DNA of 64,000 nt from the human T2T-CHM13v2.0 reference genome, Homo sapiens (GCF_009914755.1 NC_060930.1); one strand, 5' to 3'. Counted from the first letter of the stretch, positions 25,351-40,000 are shown. The notes: generated by a model not told the origin, from the sequence alone. Program-made: numbers and translations.

Positions 25351-28300
25351 GGGCCATTGTGGTGAGTCAGGCCTCGGCTGCAGGTCTGAGTTTATGCCAT
25401 TGCCCCCATCTGTGGGGTCTAGGAGGCTGTTGTCTAAGCAGAAGGCATGACCCATCAGGGGCCATGGGTGGTGGGCACAGAATTGAGTCATCTGACTGCC
25501 TTCCCACCCACCTGTATGTGTTCTTTGTTTTATTTAAGTCCTGTGAGGGTAGTTTAGGACCTTGTCCCTTCCCACAGCATAGCACAGAAAATTGGGCAAG
25601 TCCAGACCATGACTAAATCCACTTTAAAAAACCCACCCCCGCTGAGACCGGCAGATTCTCTCCCTCCCCACTTGAGATATGATGTTGCCTTAAATGGTCC
25701 AGCGGTCGCGGAGCCTCAGGGGGCCTCTCTGCCTTAGTTGGTGCATTCCAGTGCTGCTCGGTCTGTATTTCCAGATCTTGCTTTTATCCTTTTATTTTCT
25801 AGAGTAATTGATAATTCCAATCTATCTGGCCTGCATGAGATTTATAAAATAAATGGACAAAATAGAAAATAAATATTTTATGGAGCCACCACTGTGTGCA
25901 AGACATTCTGCTAGGGAGGCTGAAGGGTCCCACAGCTTCTAAGGACCGGTCTCTGGCCTAATGGAGCTCACAACAGATTGAGAAGGGAGGAGGGACACCG
26001 CTGACACAGCCCACGCTGCCCAGTGCCGGGTGCAGGAGAGGCAGTGGATGCAGGGGATTGTGGGCAGGGTGTGCTGGGCCTGGGCCCTGGCTCCCTTTGG
26101 GAGCCTCATGGCCGCTCTGCTGTCTTCCTCCGTGCATGGCCTGGGCCGCATTGTGTGCTGTGGAGTTGTTGGATCAGACCTGGATGCTGCAACCCAAGGA
26201 GAGAGAGGAGGACAGAGCCCAGGAGAAGAACAGCACTCGGCAGCCTGACCCCTAAAAACCAAACACAACAGAAACCAAGCCAATGGCGATGGTTGAGAAG
26301 AACCAAGCCAGCGTGTAGGGGAGGCTAGGGTGGCACCCTGGGCATCCAGGGTGGAGGGACTCGAGGAAAGGAATGACCGGAAACACAGCTGGGGAGGCCC
26401 GGAAGGCCGGGGGCTCAGGCTGAACTGTCTTGGGGTTCCCAAGGGGCTGATGGGGAGTGAATTGTCAGAGGTGGTCAGAGCCACAGATTCCTGGGGGACA
26501 TGTACTGTGGCTCAGGATGGAGAAAAGGTGGGCTGAGGTCGGGACGGTCGGTGCAGGTGGGTGCACGAAGGCGTCTGGAGGAGGAGAAAGCTTTACAGCC
26601 AATGTCCTGGAGGGGCCGCAGACAGGAGGCACCAGGTGCTGGAAACCCCAAGCTGTTCCTTTTCATCGACGAAGAGGGGAGTGGGAAACATAGGGCGAAT
26701 TTCAGAGTCTACTGTAAAGAGGAAGGATTTACCTGCCATGGTGTTGCTGGGTGATCTGGGCAAAGCTAGGGGAGCTGGTTTATGAGAAGTGAAGAGATAG
26801 GGTGGGGAGGAGGAGATCTGGACCTGGGCTTGGGAAATGTGAGGGGATCCAACTGCGAGAGACCAGAGGCACCCTCAGGACAGTGGAGCCCAGTTCTTTT
26901 CTCTGCAAATAAATCTCAGTTTTCCACATCTCAACATGTGAGGCAGCTCACCCTAGTTTCTTGTTCTTTCTCTAAAAGAGTTTGGCCTTCCATTGCCTAT
27001 AAATGGGAGAAAAGCTAATGGGGCTCACGTACATGGAGGGGAGTTCAGGATGAGGCTGGTGGTTCAGGCATCCTGTGAGCCCAAGGGGAGGCCACCGGCC
27101 TTGTGGTGCTTACAGAGACATGCGGCAGCTGTGATCCACATTGAGGGTGAGAAACAAGTGTGAGACTACAGACACCTGAGAGGCACTGTGGGGGCAGCAC
27201 CCCGCAGGCAGAGGCAAACGGTGGGCCTGCGGTTTCCCTTCCCATCTGGTGTCTGCTGGTGGCTGGCAACCCCATGCCAAGACCTTTGGTGCCTGCGCTG
27301 TCCCCACCCCCTTTTACCCAGGGCCCCTGATGTGCTCGGCTCTGCCTGGCATGAATCCCAACAACTCACCCTGCCTCCTGCTTGTGCGAAATGTGCAAAC
27401 GTGAACTTGCCCAGTATTGAAGAGCTCAGGACCTTGAGTTCCGAGAGCCAGGGAGGAATACTTTGTTGTTCTTTAGACCCAACAAGCCAGATCTGTTAAC
27501 GCCAAACCTTCATTCCCAAGACAACCCTCCCTTTTGATGGCCCTAAGGTGCTGCCCCCTAATTTCATGACTTCTGCCACTGCAAAAGCTTCCCAAATTCG
27601 TACTGAGGCCACGCCTTTCAGAGTGGATGCACGAAGGAGGGCGGTTCATCGGAAGTGAATCTGAGATTAAACCCATGTATCTTAGCTCCCCAGTGCTCCC
27701 CTTCATCATTTCTAGAACATACGTAATAGCATGTCCTGGTCTTCTTGGTGGTCTCCTTAGGGATATAGGGGAAGGGCAGTTTTCATATCAACTTTCTTTA
27801 TGTTACCATGAATTAGCTGCTTGCTGAATAAACTTCTCAGACAAAAATCCCACACTTCCCGAGTATTCGCCCTTCCACACCACAGTCACTTGCTCTAGTG
27901 TTTGCACACAGTTACATTATTATCAAAACTGCAGTTCAACTAAATGCTCCAAGTGCAGGTGAAGGTCTGTCCTCAAGGTGCTGGTTGAAGCAGGTGACTG
28001 GAACAGTTCCAGGTCCCTGCTGTTCCGGGGTGTCAGCATCAGCTCCGTTCAGGGGTGACAGACAGCAAGGCCCCAGCCGGGAGAGGCCAAGGGGACGGGA
28101 GTGAGAGGGAGAGCTCAGAGGCAGGGCAGGAGCCTCAGGATGGGAGATGCCAGGGCCTTGGCAGGCGGCCACCCCAGGACCAGGCAGGCTCCCCAAGCCA
28201 GGGGTTCTTTCCCTTCCAAGAGCAGGACTGAAAGGAGGCTCAGGAGTAAGGGGCAAGGGCGGATGGTGGCAGGTGCAGGGGGTGAAGGGGCCCCGCCTGG

Positions 28301-29469
28301 GAAAAGATGGCAATGGAGCTCAAGGAAATAGAAGCAGCTACGTTGCCACGGTGGCCACAGTGCAGGAGCAGGTGCTGCTGGGGAGCTGGGCCCCAGGCTT
28401 TATCTACACTGTCTCACCGTAAGTCCGCTCCCGACTTGGCACCATTGTCTGACTCCACACATTGCCATAGCCCTGTCAGGCAGGTGCTTGCAAAGGCCAC
28501 AGAGCTGTTGAGTGGGTGCAGGAGGGAAGCACACCAGGAATTTGGCCCTGGTCTGAGGCTGCAGGGGACAGCTGGCTGTGGTCAGCAGGGCCCGAACCCC
28601 GGCTCTGGAGCCTGCAAGCCACCCTGAGGGTGCAGAAATCTGAATGTCTGGGGCCATGTGCAGAGTGTGGCCAAGTCGTAGCTGTGGCTTCAGCATTCAG
28701 AGCCTCTGCCTCTACTGGGGATTAATGCAGGTTTCCAACATCTCTGTGTTTGGTCAGTGCTGATCTTTTTCCTAACTGGCGACTTATTGGTTCCAGGAGA
28801 GTACTGGGCAGGCTGCAAATGTCTGTGTTAAAACAGCTCTGCTGGGCTAAGACAGGACAGAAGCAGACAGCAGGTGGATGAGACACAATTTCCTATCCAG
28901 CAGAACCTGCAGCAAGCTCCACAGCACCCTCCATGGGCTCAGTCTTGCTCCCGGGAAGATGGTTAATTCCATCAGGTCAGTATTTCCACACCTCCCGAGC
29001 CTCCACTTTCCTCTATGTGTTCTCTGAAACCCACCCCCCTGGGCTTGCCACTTAGATGATTCCAGAATTGCCTCACCACCCTTTACTTGCAGAACCTGGC
29101 CTTCATGTTATGGGGATGATTAGGAAAGAAAGTTGCTTCAGGAAATGGCCAGAAAGGGGTTCCACAGAACTGGCTTATGAAATAGTTTTGCAGAATCTGT
29201 AATTAGTAAGCTGGAAACAAAGGCAAAAGAAAAAACAGAAAATCTTATTGTAGAAAACATGCTTTGCAGTGTTTGAAAAGGCTGTTCTTGTTAAATTAAC
29301 CCATTAATAAATACAAACCACATAATATTTGCTTTTAAATTATTGTCTGTAGTGTCAAAATAACTGGTCTATGAAGCCAGTGGGAGTCTGTCTAGTTGGA
29401 AAATAGTAGTATTTATTCTTTGAGGCCCCAAACATAAAAGAAAGTGTTGTTTAAATAAAAACATGGTGT

Positions 29470-29622
29470 GTGAGCATGAGAGGTGAGTGGACAATGGGAA
29501 ATTACTTAATGGGTACAATACTCATCTTTTGGGTGAACACTAACAGCTCAGACTTTAGCACTGTGCAACATATCCATGTAACAGAATTACACCCGTACCC
29601 CATACATGTATAGAAATAAAAA
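29470..29622 (+). mobile_element. L1MA 3' end fragment
   Basis: gaaattacttaatgggtacaat...atatccatgtaacagaattacacccgtacccc...aaataaaaaa. Confidence 0.75.
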
Positions 29623-29739
29623 AGATGCATCATAAACTGAACAAAACAGCCTATGATATATCTTGAAGAAATCATGCTTTAAAAATGATAATTTCATTAT
29701 TGTATGGGAGAAAACTCACATGGCTCATAAATGAAAAAC

Positions 29740-31720
29740 ATGAAAAGCATTCAGTATAGTCTGTTCTCCATCCACATCCTCCTCTGCCTGGTTTCATTAC
29801 ACTCCTGTGTGTAACAAAGTCTTTCTTATTGATTTCTAGGAACTCTTTATATGTGGCACTAAGGGCATGAGTTATGATTAGGTTTTTGTGCGTCCTTAGA
29901 GCTTCCTGATGCAGATGCAAACACACAGGAATATGAGTGCTCACCTTCATCTTCTCTGTGTTTTACACAAATGGTGGCAGATTACATGCACTTTACCACA
30001 CCTTGCTCTTATAAATTGGATAATCCCCCCTATGAGTACATGTAGCATTCCATTTTCTTACAGCTGTGGAGTATTTCAGTACCACACTGTATGGGTGGTT
30101 GGTGTTGATAGACACAGATTCTTTCAAATCTTTTGTTATAACAGATAATGCTGTTATCTTGCTAATATACCATTTTGCAGCCATCTTTGGAATCAGTCCC
30201 TAGGAGTGACATTGCTGGGTCAGAGGACACACATCTTTGTAATTCTGTAGGTGTTGTCAAATTATCCTGCATGCGGTCATGTGATTCGCTCTTCCCAGGC
30301 ATGAAGGCCACTACTTCTCCACGGCTCCCTACCTGCACATCAGGAATGTCTTCTGACATTTGCTGATTGAATAGGTTTCCTATTATATTATTAGTAAGGC
30401 TGAGCATCTATTTAGTTTCTTTTCACTGGACCATTCCATCAAAGTTTTTTGCCTATTGATCTATTGAGTTTTTTTAATCTTTTTCTTATTGATTTTTTGG
30501 AGCTTTTAATATATTAAGGATGTAAGTTGTGATAAGAGGTGAAAATACATTCTTTTCCTCAGTGTCTGTCTTGATTTCTTAATTTGCTGATGGTAGTTTT
30601 TCATGCAGAAATTCCTATTTTGAGGTAGTTTAACTTATAAATTATTTTACTGCATTTGGATTTTTCAGTTTTAATTTAAAAAATCATGGAATTTGTCCAT
30701 GATTTCTGTTAGTATTTTTATGGCTTTACTGATAACATTTAAATATTTTATCTATTTGAAACTTATTTTTATATACATGGTGGGACATGGGTGCAACTTT
30801 CATCTTTTATTATTTATTTTGCTGAATGCTACTCAGTTGTCCTAATGCCATTTATCACATAGTTTTTTTCACTAACAACTTTAGATGTCACTTTTATGAC
30901 TTACTAATTTCCCTCCTATTTTTGTGTCTATCTGTATTTCCTGTGCTTTTCTGTTGTTCTGTGTGTTTATTCATGACCCAGTACAACAATGTTTTAGTTA
31001 TTAAAACTATTATATGATCTAAGAACTGGTAAGGCTAATTTTCTCTTTACTCTTTTTTTTTCTGGATTTTCCTATTTTTGTTTGCTTCTTTTTCTATTTG
31101 AATGTTAGAATCAGATTGTCTAGTTCTCACCTCACAGTAAAATAAATTAACAAATAAATAAAATACAAAGATCCAGAAAAACCTCAGTCTATTTTTATTT
31201 AGGTGCATTCATTTACATAATAAGTCAGGGAAAGTTGGCATTTTATGATGTTGAGTCTTCCTAGTCGAGAACATCATAAGTCTTTCTATTTGTCCAAGTT
31301 TTCTTTTATAAACTTTCAAGGGTGGATAAAAATGTATCTCATATAGATGTTAACTTTCTTGTTAAGTTTATTCCTGGGAACTTTTTCTTGCTAATTAAAT
31401 GGGAGTAATTTCTTTTGTTATATCTTCTAAAGCTATTGGTTTCTGTATATCAATTTTATCTCTACATCTTACTAATTTTCTTATTATTTGTTGAAGAAAT
31501 TAACTTGATATTGTCTTTTGGTTTGAGATAGGTGTATCTTACCATGTTATGAAAATACTTATCAAATCCTATTTTATTAAGTTTTTTAACGCTAAATTTC
31601 ATCAGATACGAAATGCAGCTTTTATACAGATTATCTTATTTTTTTTAAATCTTGGATCTGTTCAGAGGAATTACCCATAATCAGCTTTTGCAAACATTTT
31701 CTAAAGTTTTTGAATTTGAT
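29740..31720 (-). mobile_element. Degenerate old L1M (L1ME-like) fragments
   Basis: T-rich with ttcttattgattt, ttgctgggtcagagg, gctgagcatct and tttatgatgttgagtcttcct motifs. Confidence 0.6.
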
Positions 31721-34546
31721 TTTCACATACAAATGTGTTTGGTTGTTGTTTACAGCATGTGTCATTCAAAACCCAATTTTCCATAAGGATGCCATGTTTT
31801 CCTAAGCATTTGGAGTTCCACAGCATCTTGAATTCGTTTAACAAAATGTTATAGAAGAAAAAACTTAGAATTAGTACAGTTGTGTCATTATTTAAAAGCT
31901 AACATTTTTCTCTGAGCTTGAAAAATAATAGATACCTTTTCTAGTGAAGAAAGCACCTTAAATTCTTTCTTGAACAAAGTATGTGTGTGTGGATGGAGGA
32001 GTAGGTTCGTAGGCAGATAGATTAGATAAACATTGTCAGTAAATTTAAATGGACATGATGCACACTTTAAACTCTCTCTGAAATAAAATAATGAGAAGTA
32101 AGAAATCCGAGCCCACAGATACTGGCCTGTTCAGGTGGTCCTGCTGAAGCACTGTCTCCATGGAAAGAGGAGTGCCAGAAGGAAGGACTGAGGAGACACA
32201 GCAGTGAGTCCACGTTCTTCCCCGAAACACCATCATTTCCTAAGCTTATTTATCACCTTTTAATTCTACAGAATCACATTGTGATTTTATAGTGACTAAG
32301 GACCAAGAGTAGAAATGTCTTATCTCCAAGGCATGGAGCAGGCACTTACCATTTAAAGGAAGCAATCTTCAGGCTTTTACAGGATATTGATCTCTTGGGA
32401 ATGTCAGCAGGGGCACAAGGAGAGCAGTCGATGCGTCTGGACTCATAAATTGCTCACGTTACATCCAATATGCAGTGTATGATATGACGTGTCATGGAGG
32501 TGTCTGCAAAGGCACCACAAACACCAACATCTGGGTTACTTATTTGTCTCCTCTGCAGTGAAGCTGGCAATAAACACATCTCCCAGAGGCTGGGGAAGGT
32601 GGGAAAGAATGATCAAATGAAAGCTGCCAAAATGAGGGCATTTTTTCTGTCTTCATGAATCATCAGCCATAAAACAACAGCAGGACAGGGGTTGCATCCT
32701 TCTCTCTGCCGCTACAACCAGCAGGTGATAGATTGGACGTGGTGGCTACAAAACGCAGATGAAGGTCAGCACTGTGTTCTGGCTGAGACTTCTCAAATTC
32801 TCACTTCACAGTTAATTTTTGTTTCAGACAATGAATGTTGTTGTTATTTTAATGATAGCATAAGTTTAAAACTTTGATGCTTCCATTTTTCAAAAAGGGC
32901 AAACCACCACTGACAATAACAAAATCCTTTAACACAACAGCACTGGGGAACAGAGCCCAGGGCTTCTCCATTTGCTGATTCTCGGCACCTCCGTCTCTGT
33001 TACTCTCTGATGTTTCTTAAAGGCTGTCATATATGCATGGGATAAATGCGGCACAGCAGAAAACCAGAAATAAAGACAATGAGAATGAAGACGAGGCGGT
33101 TCTGGACAAGGTGCTGCTCAACCAGGAGGTGGCAACAGCAGGAGAGTGGACCTCCTTCCACTGAAGCTGCGGATAAACAGGACCTTGGAGGCCAGTGAGC
33201 TCCCTGCCCCAGTAGGGACGTGGCCTGCTCTAGGCAGAGGGCAGTTGAGCAAAGGAGAGAGGCATCAAAGTAGAATGACTTCAACTTTTTTAAAGGTTGA
33301 AAAACGCTGAATAAAGGATTACTGTAAAGAGTATGGGATTGTTTATATTTGCTGAGTAATCAATACCACATATTGCTTTCACGTTGTTTGCTCAGCTCTG
33401 TTCCAGGGCACATCCAAGAAGCATGGGCATGTTTCTGTGCTCTTACAAAGCCTCCTTTCTATTAGGAAGCCTGCAGCACACACAAAACAGCCATCAGCAA
33501 GAGTGTCTGTGGCCCCAGTGCTGCCCTAGGCAGCACACGAGAGTGATGGACTTTGAGTCCCTTTATTTTCTGCTCTCTGGAAGGAGGGGTTTTAATAGAA
33601 TTTATCTTTTTATATATTCTGCCTAGCATTAGAGAAGCAGACAATTTTAGTCAATCATTCAAGACCATCCTGCGACCTCAGCTTTTGTGCTTTACAACCT
33701 TGTAAAGAAACACAGCAACATAATTAATTACAATTACAGCACTGTGATGTGAAATTTCAGCCAAAAATCTAAGTCAGCCAAAAATCTAAGTCATTGCCTT
33801 TGGCCTGAATTCCTTTAGCATAATCTTAAGACAGAACACGCATGCCTGATCCAAGGGCCTGTGCACATCAGGTGCACCTCCCAGCAGGAAAGGCTCGGAG
33901 GCGTGGGCCAGGGGATCATGCAGAGTTGGGCTTTCATTCAGCATCCCCGGGAATCAGGACATTGCACTCACACACACGCTTGCCACACAGCCTGGCAGGA
34001 GCCAAGACAAGGTTGCAACACTTTCATCTTTAAGAAAGGAGTTTGAAAATATTCGCTGCAAATTAACACAACTTTTCTGGCTGGTATGTGCCCACAAATG
34101 GATGCAGCTGCACCCCGGACCGACCTGGGCTCCCTGAAAGATCAGAGGGAAATGTGAGGGACAAACCCATTCAGTGCAGAGCTCTCTTTCTTCAAGCAAG
34201 GGAAAAAAGATTTCCAAATTTGAAAATGACCTTCGCACCTCCCCTCCTTTCTGTTCCCCTCTTCAGTGGAATGTTTGAACAAGAACTGATGACTCGCTCC
34301 CAAATAGCCCAGATAAGGTTTTACAAGAACAGGTGGGCCTGCTTGAAAGATAAACTTTTTCTGAAGCAACAAGAAGACAAATGATCCGAAACTTGCAATT
34401 TGGTTAATGTTTCTCTCTCTCTCTCTGCCTTGTGTGTACACAGCTCCTTCTGGCCGGCAGCAGGAAGAGTGGCCCTGTGTGTGCCAGGCCCTGCAGTCTC
34501 TCCTCTCAGCTGGTGTCTCCAGTGAGGGACCTGAGTCATCGCACAC

Positions 34547-34933
34547 ATGAGCCTGTGCTCAGCCTGCACATCTCCCGCCTCCCACCAGCTGCTCCTCAAC
34601 TGCCAGGGCCAGACTGTGGCAAAATCTCACTCCTCTGCCGATGCTGGGGTTTCCCTCGTGTCTGGGAGGTGGTGTGCTTGGTGGCCTGAGCACTGCAGTG
34701 AATCCATGTTTCCCTCCCAGCACCCTGTTCTGTCCTCCAACTTGGCCGACAGCTCTGGCCAGGGACGCAGCCCAGCTGGTGCCCACCCCGCACTCTGTCC
34801 ATTTCATAAGAGCCCTCGGTTTCCTCACTTCCCTCAGATTTTGCCAAGAGAATGGTCCTGGTGTGGCCCAGAAAGGCCAGCGGGGTGCAGCCTGGGACTG
34901 AGAGCAGAGGCGGCTCTGGTGGGGAAAAAGTAG
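34547..34933 (+). other. LINC00574: 128-aa ATG ORF (MSLCSACTSPASHQ...), putative LINC00574 product, probably non-coding
   Basis: ORF track; ~100 nt downstream of a strong acceptor; no recognisable domain. Confidence 0.55.
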
Positions 34934-36182
34934 CTCTCCCAGCCTAGCCCTACTGGTGGGCGGCACCTCCTGGCTCCAGGCCATCTTTTGTCCCAGTCCT
35001 AGGTAAGAAAAACACAAACAAAAGCCAGTCCCATGGCACTCGAGAAGCAGGAGGCCGTTCCCTGACAGCAACATGCTGCGTGCACAGACACACGGGTGGA
35101 CAGGAGGCAGAGCTTGGGGTTGCTGCGGAGCGGGCAGGACACTGGAGCGGCAGGCGGTGCGGACCCGCCGGGCAGCCGTGCACGGTTGTCGTCCTCAGCG
35201 GCAGGAGCCAGTTTGTTGCTCAGGGCCTTGTCTTTTTACAAAGAGCCCCAGGCCCCGGGGGCTTCTCTGGGTGCCTCTTTGCTGCCATGTCTGCACGCGG
35301 GCGGAGAGCAGACCAGGCTACCGACCCTCTCGCTTTGCTGTCTTCACGTGGAAAAGCCAGTGTCGTAGCCCCAAAGGAGGGGAAACTGTATTGATTTGGG
35401 GAGCCTCTATGTTGATTTCAAAACAGATTGTCTCCTGTGTTCTCAAAGACTGGAAGCGAACCCCACAACCGCCTTAGGCCACAAAAGCTTTATCCTTTCT
35501 AATTAGCATCCCTGTGACCTGCTCTGCGCCCTGCAGATATTTTGCTCAGCCAGCCAGAAGGAGGGAGGCCAGACACCAGCCCCCACAGACCTGCGGCTGC
35601 GACCCCCTGCCTGGGGACGATGGGGTCGGGGTCCAGTAGCTGCCCCAGAAACAAGTGGGGCTGCAGGAGGCTGACGGTGAGCTTGGAGGTTGGCAGAATT
35701 CTAAATCTGGGCACTGCAGGGTCCCCACAGGTCACGACCCTACTCTGCTCCACCCAGGCTCTGGAGGACCTGAGCAGGAACCTCTGCAGGGGGGGCCCGG
35801 GGCTCCCTGTCCTCTCAGCAGCCGGCAGTGCTCCCTGACAGCCCGGGCCTCTCCCTCCAGTAGTTCGGTAGTTTGCTGTCACCAACATGGCTGGGCCTGG
35901 GACAGGCTCCTCCTCTCCCTCCAGAAGCCAGGCAGTCCCTCCTGCCTCAGTTTCTCAGACTAGGCCGCCTCTCCCATCGCGAGACACTGAAGACCCTCAG
36001 CTGTTTCCATCTGCCCAGTCTGACTGCTGGATCTCCCTCTGTGTGCGTTGGTTTGCTGTGTTCTTGCTACTCGCCCTTGGATAAGATTTCTTCTCTACTC
36101 ATGAAGCTGCGTGTCCTGGAGGGCAGGGCCGCACCTCACATGCATGTTGCCCACATAGCTCAGCAACAGATGCTCTCACGCT

Positions 36183-36890
36183 TGTTAAAAGTAAAACCGG
36201 GCCGGGCGCAGTGGCTCACGCCTGTAATCCCAGCACTTTGGGAGGCCGAGGTGGGTGGATCACCTGAAGTCAGGAGTTTGAGACTAGCCTGACCAACATG
36301 GAGAAATCCCGTCTCTACTAAAAATACAAAAAATTAGCTGGGCGTGGTGGCACATGCCTGTAATCCCAGCTACTCGGAGGCAGGAGAATTGCTTGAACCC
36401 AGGAGGCGGAGGTTGCGGTGAGCCAAGATCACGCCATAGCAATTGCACTCCGGCCTGGGCAACAAGAGCAAAACTCTGTCAAAAAGAAAAAAAAAAAAAA
36501 AAAAAGTAAAACCAATTAGCCAATGTAAAGGAGTTTAACTGAGCAAAGAGTGATTCACAAATCAGGCAGCCTCCCGACCCAGAGTGGACTCAGAGACTCC
36601 AGCACAGCCATGTGGTGGAAGAAAATTTAAGACCGAAAAAGGAAAGAGATGTACAGAAAATGGAAATGAGGTACGGAAACAGCCAGATTTGTTAAGCTTG
36701 GGGTTTGCAGTAGTTGAACATGGTTGAAGAGCTGGCCACCTTAGATTGGCCAAAACTCAGCGATTGGCACAAGAGTAGGCTACGGTCTGTTTACAATTCC
36801 ATTTAGGTTACTGTTCGTGATGTACAGAGAAAGCTTTAGGTCGAAATTAAAATACACAAGGAGGCAGCTTTAGGCCACACTTGATTTGAA
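36183..36890 (-). mobile_element. MER57-family ERV1 solo LTR, interrupted by an Alu
   Basis: Reverse strand gcctaaagctgcctccttgtgtattttaatttcgacctaaagctttctctgtacatcacgaac matches MER57 5' end; tgttaaaa terminus left of the Alu. Confidence 0.75.
36200..36501 (+). mobile_element. Alu (AluSp-like)
   Basis: ctgaccaacatggagaaa, ggttgcggtg and caacaagagc diagnostics; TSD aaaagtaaaacc. Confidence 0.95.
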
Positions 36891-37064
36891 AGCTAGAGAG
36901 GTCTGGTGGAGGCTGCATTCTCCTCTCCAGGAAGTACATTTGTGGGCTGCTAAGCCACAAGATAAGGAAGAACACAAGACAGCTAGAGAAGGCCACGAGC
37001 TGGACCCAATACCCACATATTCAGGAGTAAACACTGGTGCTGTGAAAGGGTCAGTGCCTCCATA

Positions 37065-40000
37065 AACGTCTCCACAGACATAGAGCTCTGAGCGGACACG
37101 GACCACTACACACAACAGAGCTACACACAACAGAGCTTGACAAGCCACAGAGCTCCACAAACCGCAGAGCTCTCTACAGACACAGACATCTCCTCACCAC
37201 AGAGCTTTCCAAACCAAAGAGCTCTCCACATACACAGAGCTCTCCACACCACAGATCTCTCCACAGACACTGAGCTCTCCTCAACACAGAGCTCTCTACT
37301 GACACAGACATATTTATAGACACAGATCTCCACACAAGACTCTCCACACCACGGAGCACTCTACACTACAGAGCTCACCAGACCACAGAATTCTCCACAG
37401 ACACAGAGCTCTCCACGCTACAGAGCTCTCCAAAGACACAGAACTCTCCACACCAGAGAGCTCTCCACAGACAGAGTTCTCCACACAACGTAGCTCTTTA
37501 CAGACACAGAGCTCTCCACACCACTTAACTCTCAACAGTCACAGAAATCTCCACACCACAGAACTCTCCTCAGTCACAGAGCTACCCACACCACATAGCT
37601 CTCTGCACTACAGAGCTTGCCACATTCACAGACCTCTCCACCAACACAGAGCTCTCCAGACACACAACTCTCCATACAACAGAGATCTCCACAGACACAG
37701 AGCTTGCCACACCACAGAACTCTCCACAGAAACAGAGATCCCCACAGCGCAGAGTTCACAGACACAGGGCTCTCCACACCACTGGGTTCTCCACAGACAT
37801 AGAACTCTCCACAGATACAAAACTCCCCACAGACACAGGACTCTCCACAGACACAGAGCTCTTCATAGACGCAGAGCTCTCCCCACCACAGAGCTCTTCA
37901 GACCACACACCTCTCCATAGACACAGAACTTTCCACAGACTTAGAATTCTCCACAGACACAGAGATCCCCACACCACATAGTTATCCACACTACAGAGCT
38001 CTCCACAGACGCAGAGCTCTCCACAGACACAGGACTGTCCACACCACAGAGCTCTTCAAACCATGGAGCTCTTCACACTGCAGAGCTCTCCACACCACAG
38101 GGCTCTCCACAGACACTGAGATCTCCTCAATACAGAGCTCTCCACTATTTACAGATCTATTTACAGACACAGATCTCCACACCACAGAGCTGTCCACACC
38201 ACAGAACTCTTCACAGACACAGAGCTCTCCACATACATGGAGCTCTCCATAGACACAAACCTCACCACATACACAGAGCTCTTGACACCACAGAGCTCTC
38301 TGCAGACAAAGAGCTCAACACACCACAGAGCTCTCCACACCACATAGTTCTCCACATACAGAGAGCCCTCCACATACACAGAATTCTTCACATACAGAGC
38401 TCTTCACACCACAGAGCTCTCCAGATAGAGAGTTCTTCACACCACAGAGCTCTTCACACCATAGAGCTCTCTACAACACAGAACTCTTCACACCGTGGAA
38501 CACTCCACAGACACAGAGATCACCACACCACAGAGCTCTCCACAGACACAGAGATCCCCACACCACATAGTTATCCACACTACAGAACTCTCCACACCGC
38601 AGAGCTCTTCACAGACATACAGCTCTCCACAGACACAGGGCTCTCCATACCACTGAGCTCTCCACAGAAAGAACTCTTCACAGACATAGAGTCTCCACAT
38701 CACTGAGCTCTTCACAGACACAGAACTTTCCACAGACACGAGACTCTCCACAGACACAGAGGTCTCCACACCATAGACCTCTCCACACCACAGAGCTCTT
38801 CACACCACAGAGTTCCTCATACCACAGAGCTCTCCACAGACACAGAGCTCTCCACAGACACAGGGCTCTCCACACCACAGGGCTCTCCACAGACACTGAG
38901 ATCTCCTCAACACAGAGGTCTTCACTGACACAGATCTATTTACAGACACAGATCTCCACACCACACAGTTCTCCACACCACAAAGCTCTCCAAAGACACA
39001 CAGTTCTTCACACCACAGAGCTCTCCACAGACACACAGCTCTCTCTACAGACACACGTCTCTCTACAGACACAAACCTCTTCACATACATGGAGCTCTTC
39101 ACACCACAGAGCTCTTCACACCACAGAGTTCCCCACATTAAGAGAGCTCCCCACATCACATCACAGAGTTCTTCACACCACAGAGCTCTCCACATAGGAA
39201 GTTCTTCATGCCTCAGAGCTCTTCACAGCACAGACCTCTCAACATACACCGAGCTCTCCAGACCACAGAACTCCCCACATCACGGAACTCCCCACATACC
39301 CAGAGCTGTCCACATCACAGCGCTCTGTACACCACTTAGCTCTCCACAGACACAGAGCTCGCTACAATACAGAGCTCTCCAGACCACAGAATTCTCCAAA
39401 TACACAGAGCTTTCCACACCACAGAACTCTCCACACCACAGAGCTCTTCACACCACAGCGCTCTCCTCACCATAGGGCTCTCCACAGACACAGGGGTGTC
39501 CACTCCACAGATCTCTTCACACCACAGAGCTCTCCACATACACAGAGGTCTCCACACCACAGAGCTCTTTACTGACACAGAACTCTCCACACCACAGCAA
39601 TCTCCACAGACACAGAGCTCTTCATACCACAGAGCTCTTCACATACACAGAGCTCTCCACAGACATAGAGCTCTCCACAGAGATGTCCGCACAGCAGAGC
39701 ACTCCACATACACACAGCTGTTCACACCACAGAGATCTCCAGACCACAGAATTCTCCATAGACACAGAAGGCTCTGCACACACAGAACTCTCCACACCAC
39801 AGAGCTCTTCACATATGCAGAGCTTTCCACAGATAGAGCTCTCCACAGAGATGTCCACACAACAGAGCTCTACAGAGCTGTTCATGCCACAGAGATCTCC
39901 AAACCACAGAGTTCTCCATAGACACAGAACTCTTGACATACGTGGAGCTCTCCACATTACAGAGCTCTTCACATATGCAGAACACTTCACACCACAGAGC

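Larger units (their letters stand above)
22600..32640 (-). ncRNA. LINC00242: LINC00242 (C6orf122) lncRNA; span approximate
   Basis: 205-aa ORF 23657..24274 matches my recollection of the putative LINC00242 product; strong minus-strand donor ATG|gtaagt at 32350/32349; ends not determinable from sequence. Confidence 0.6.
23880..36500 (+). ncRNA. LINC00574: LINC00574 (C6orf208) lncRNA; span approximate; predicted exons ..24029, 28797-28975, 34444..
   Basis: 128-aa ORF 34547..34933 matches my recollection of the putative LINC00574 product; donor CAG|gtaaaa 24029; ctaac branch + ttccag acceptor 28796; donor CAG|gtcagt 28975; (ct)n + cag acceptor 34443. Confidence 0.6.
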
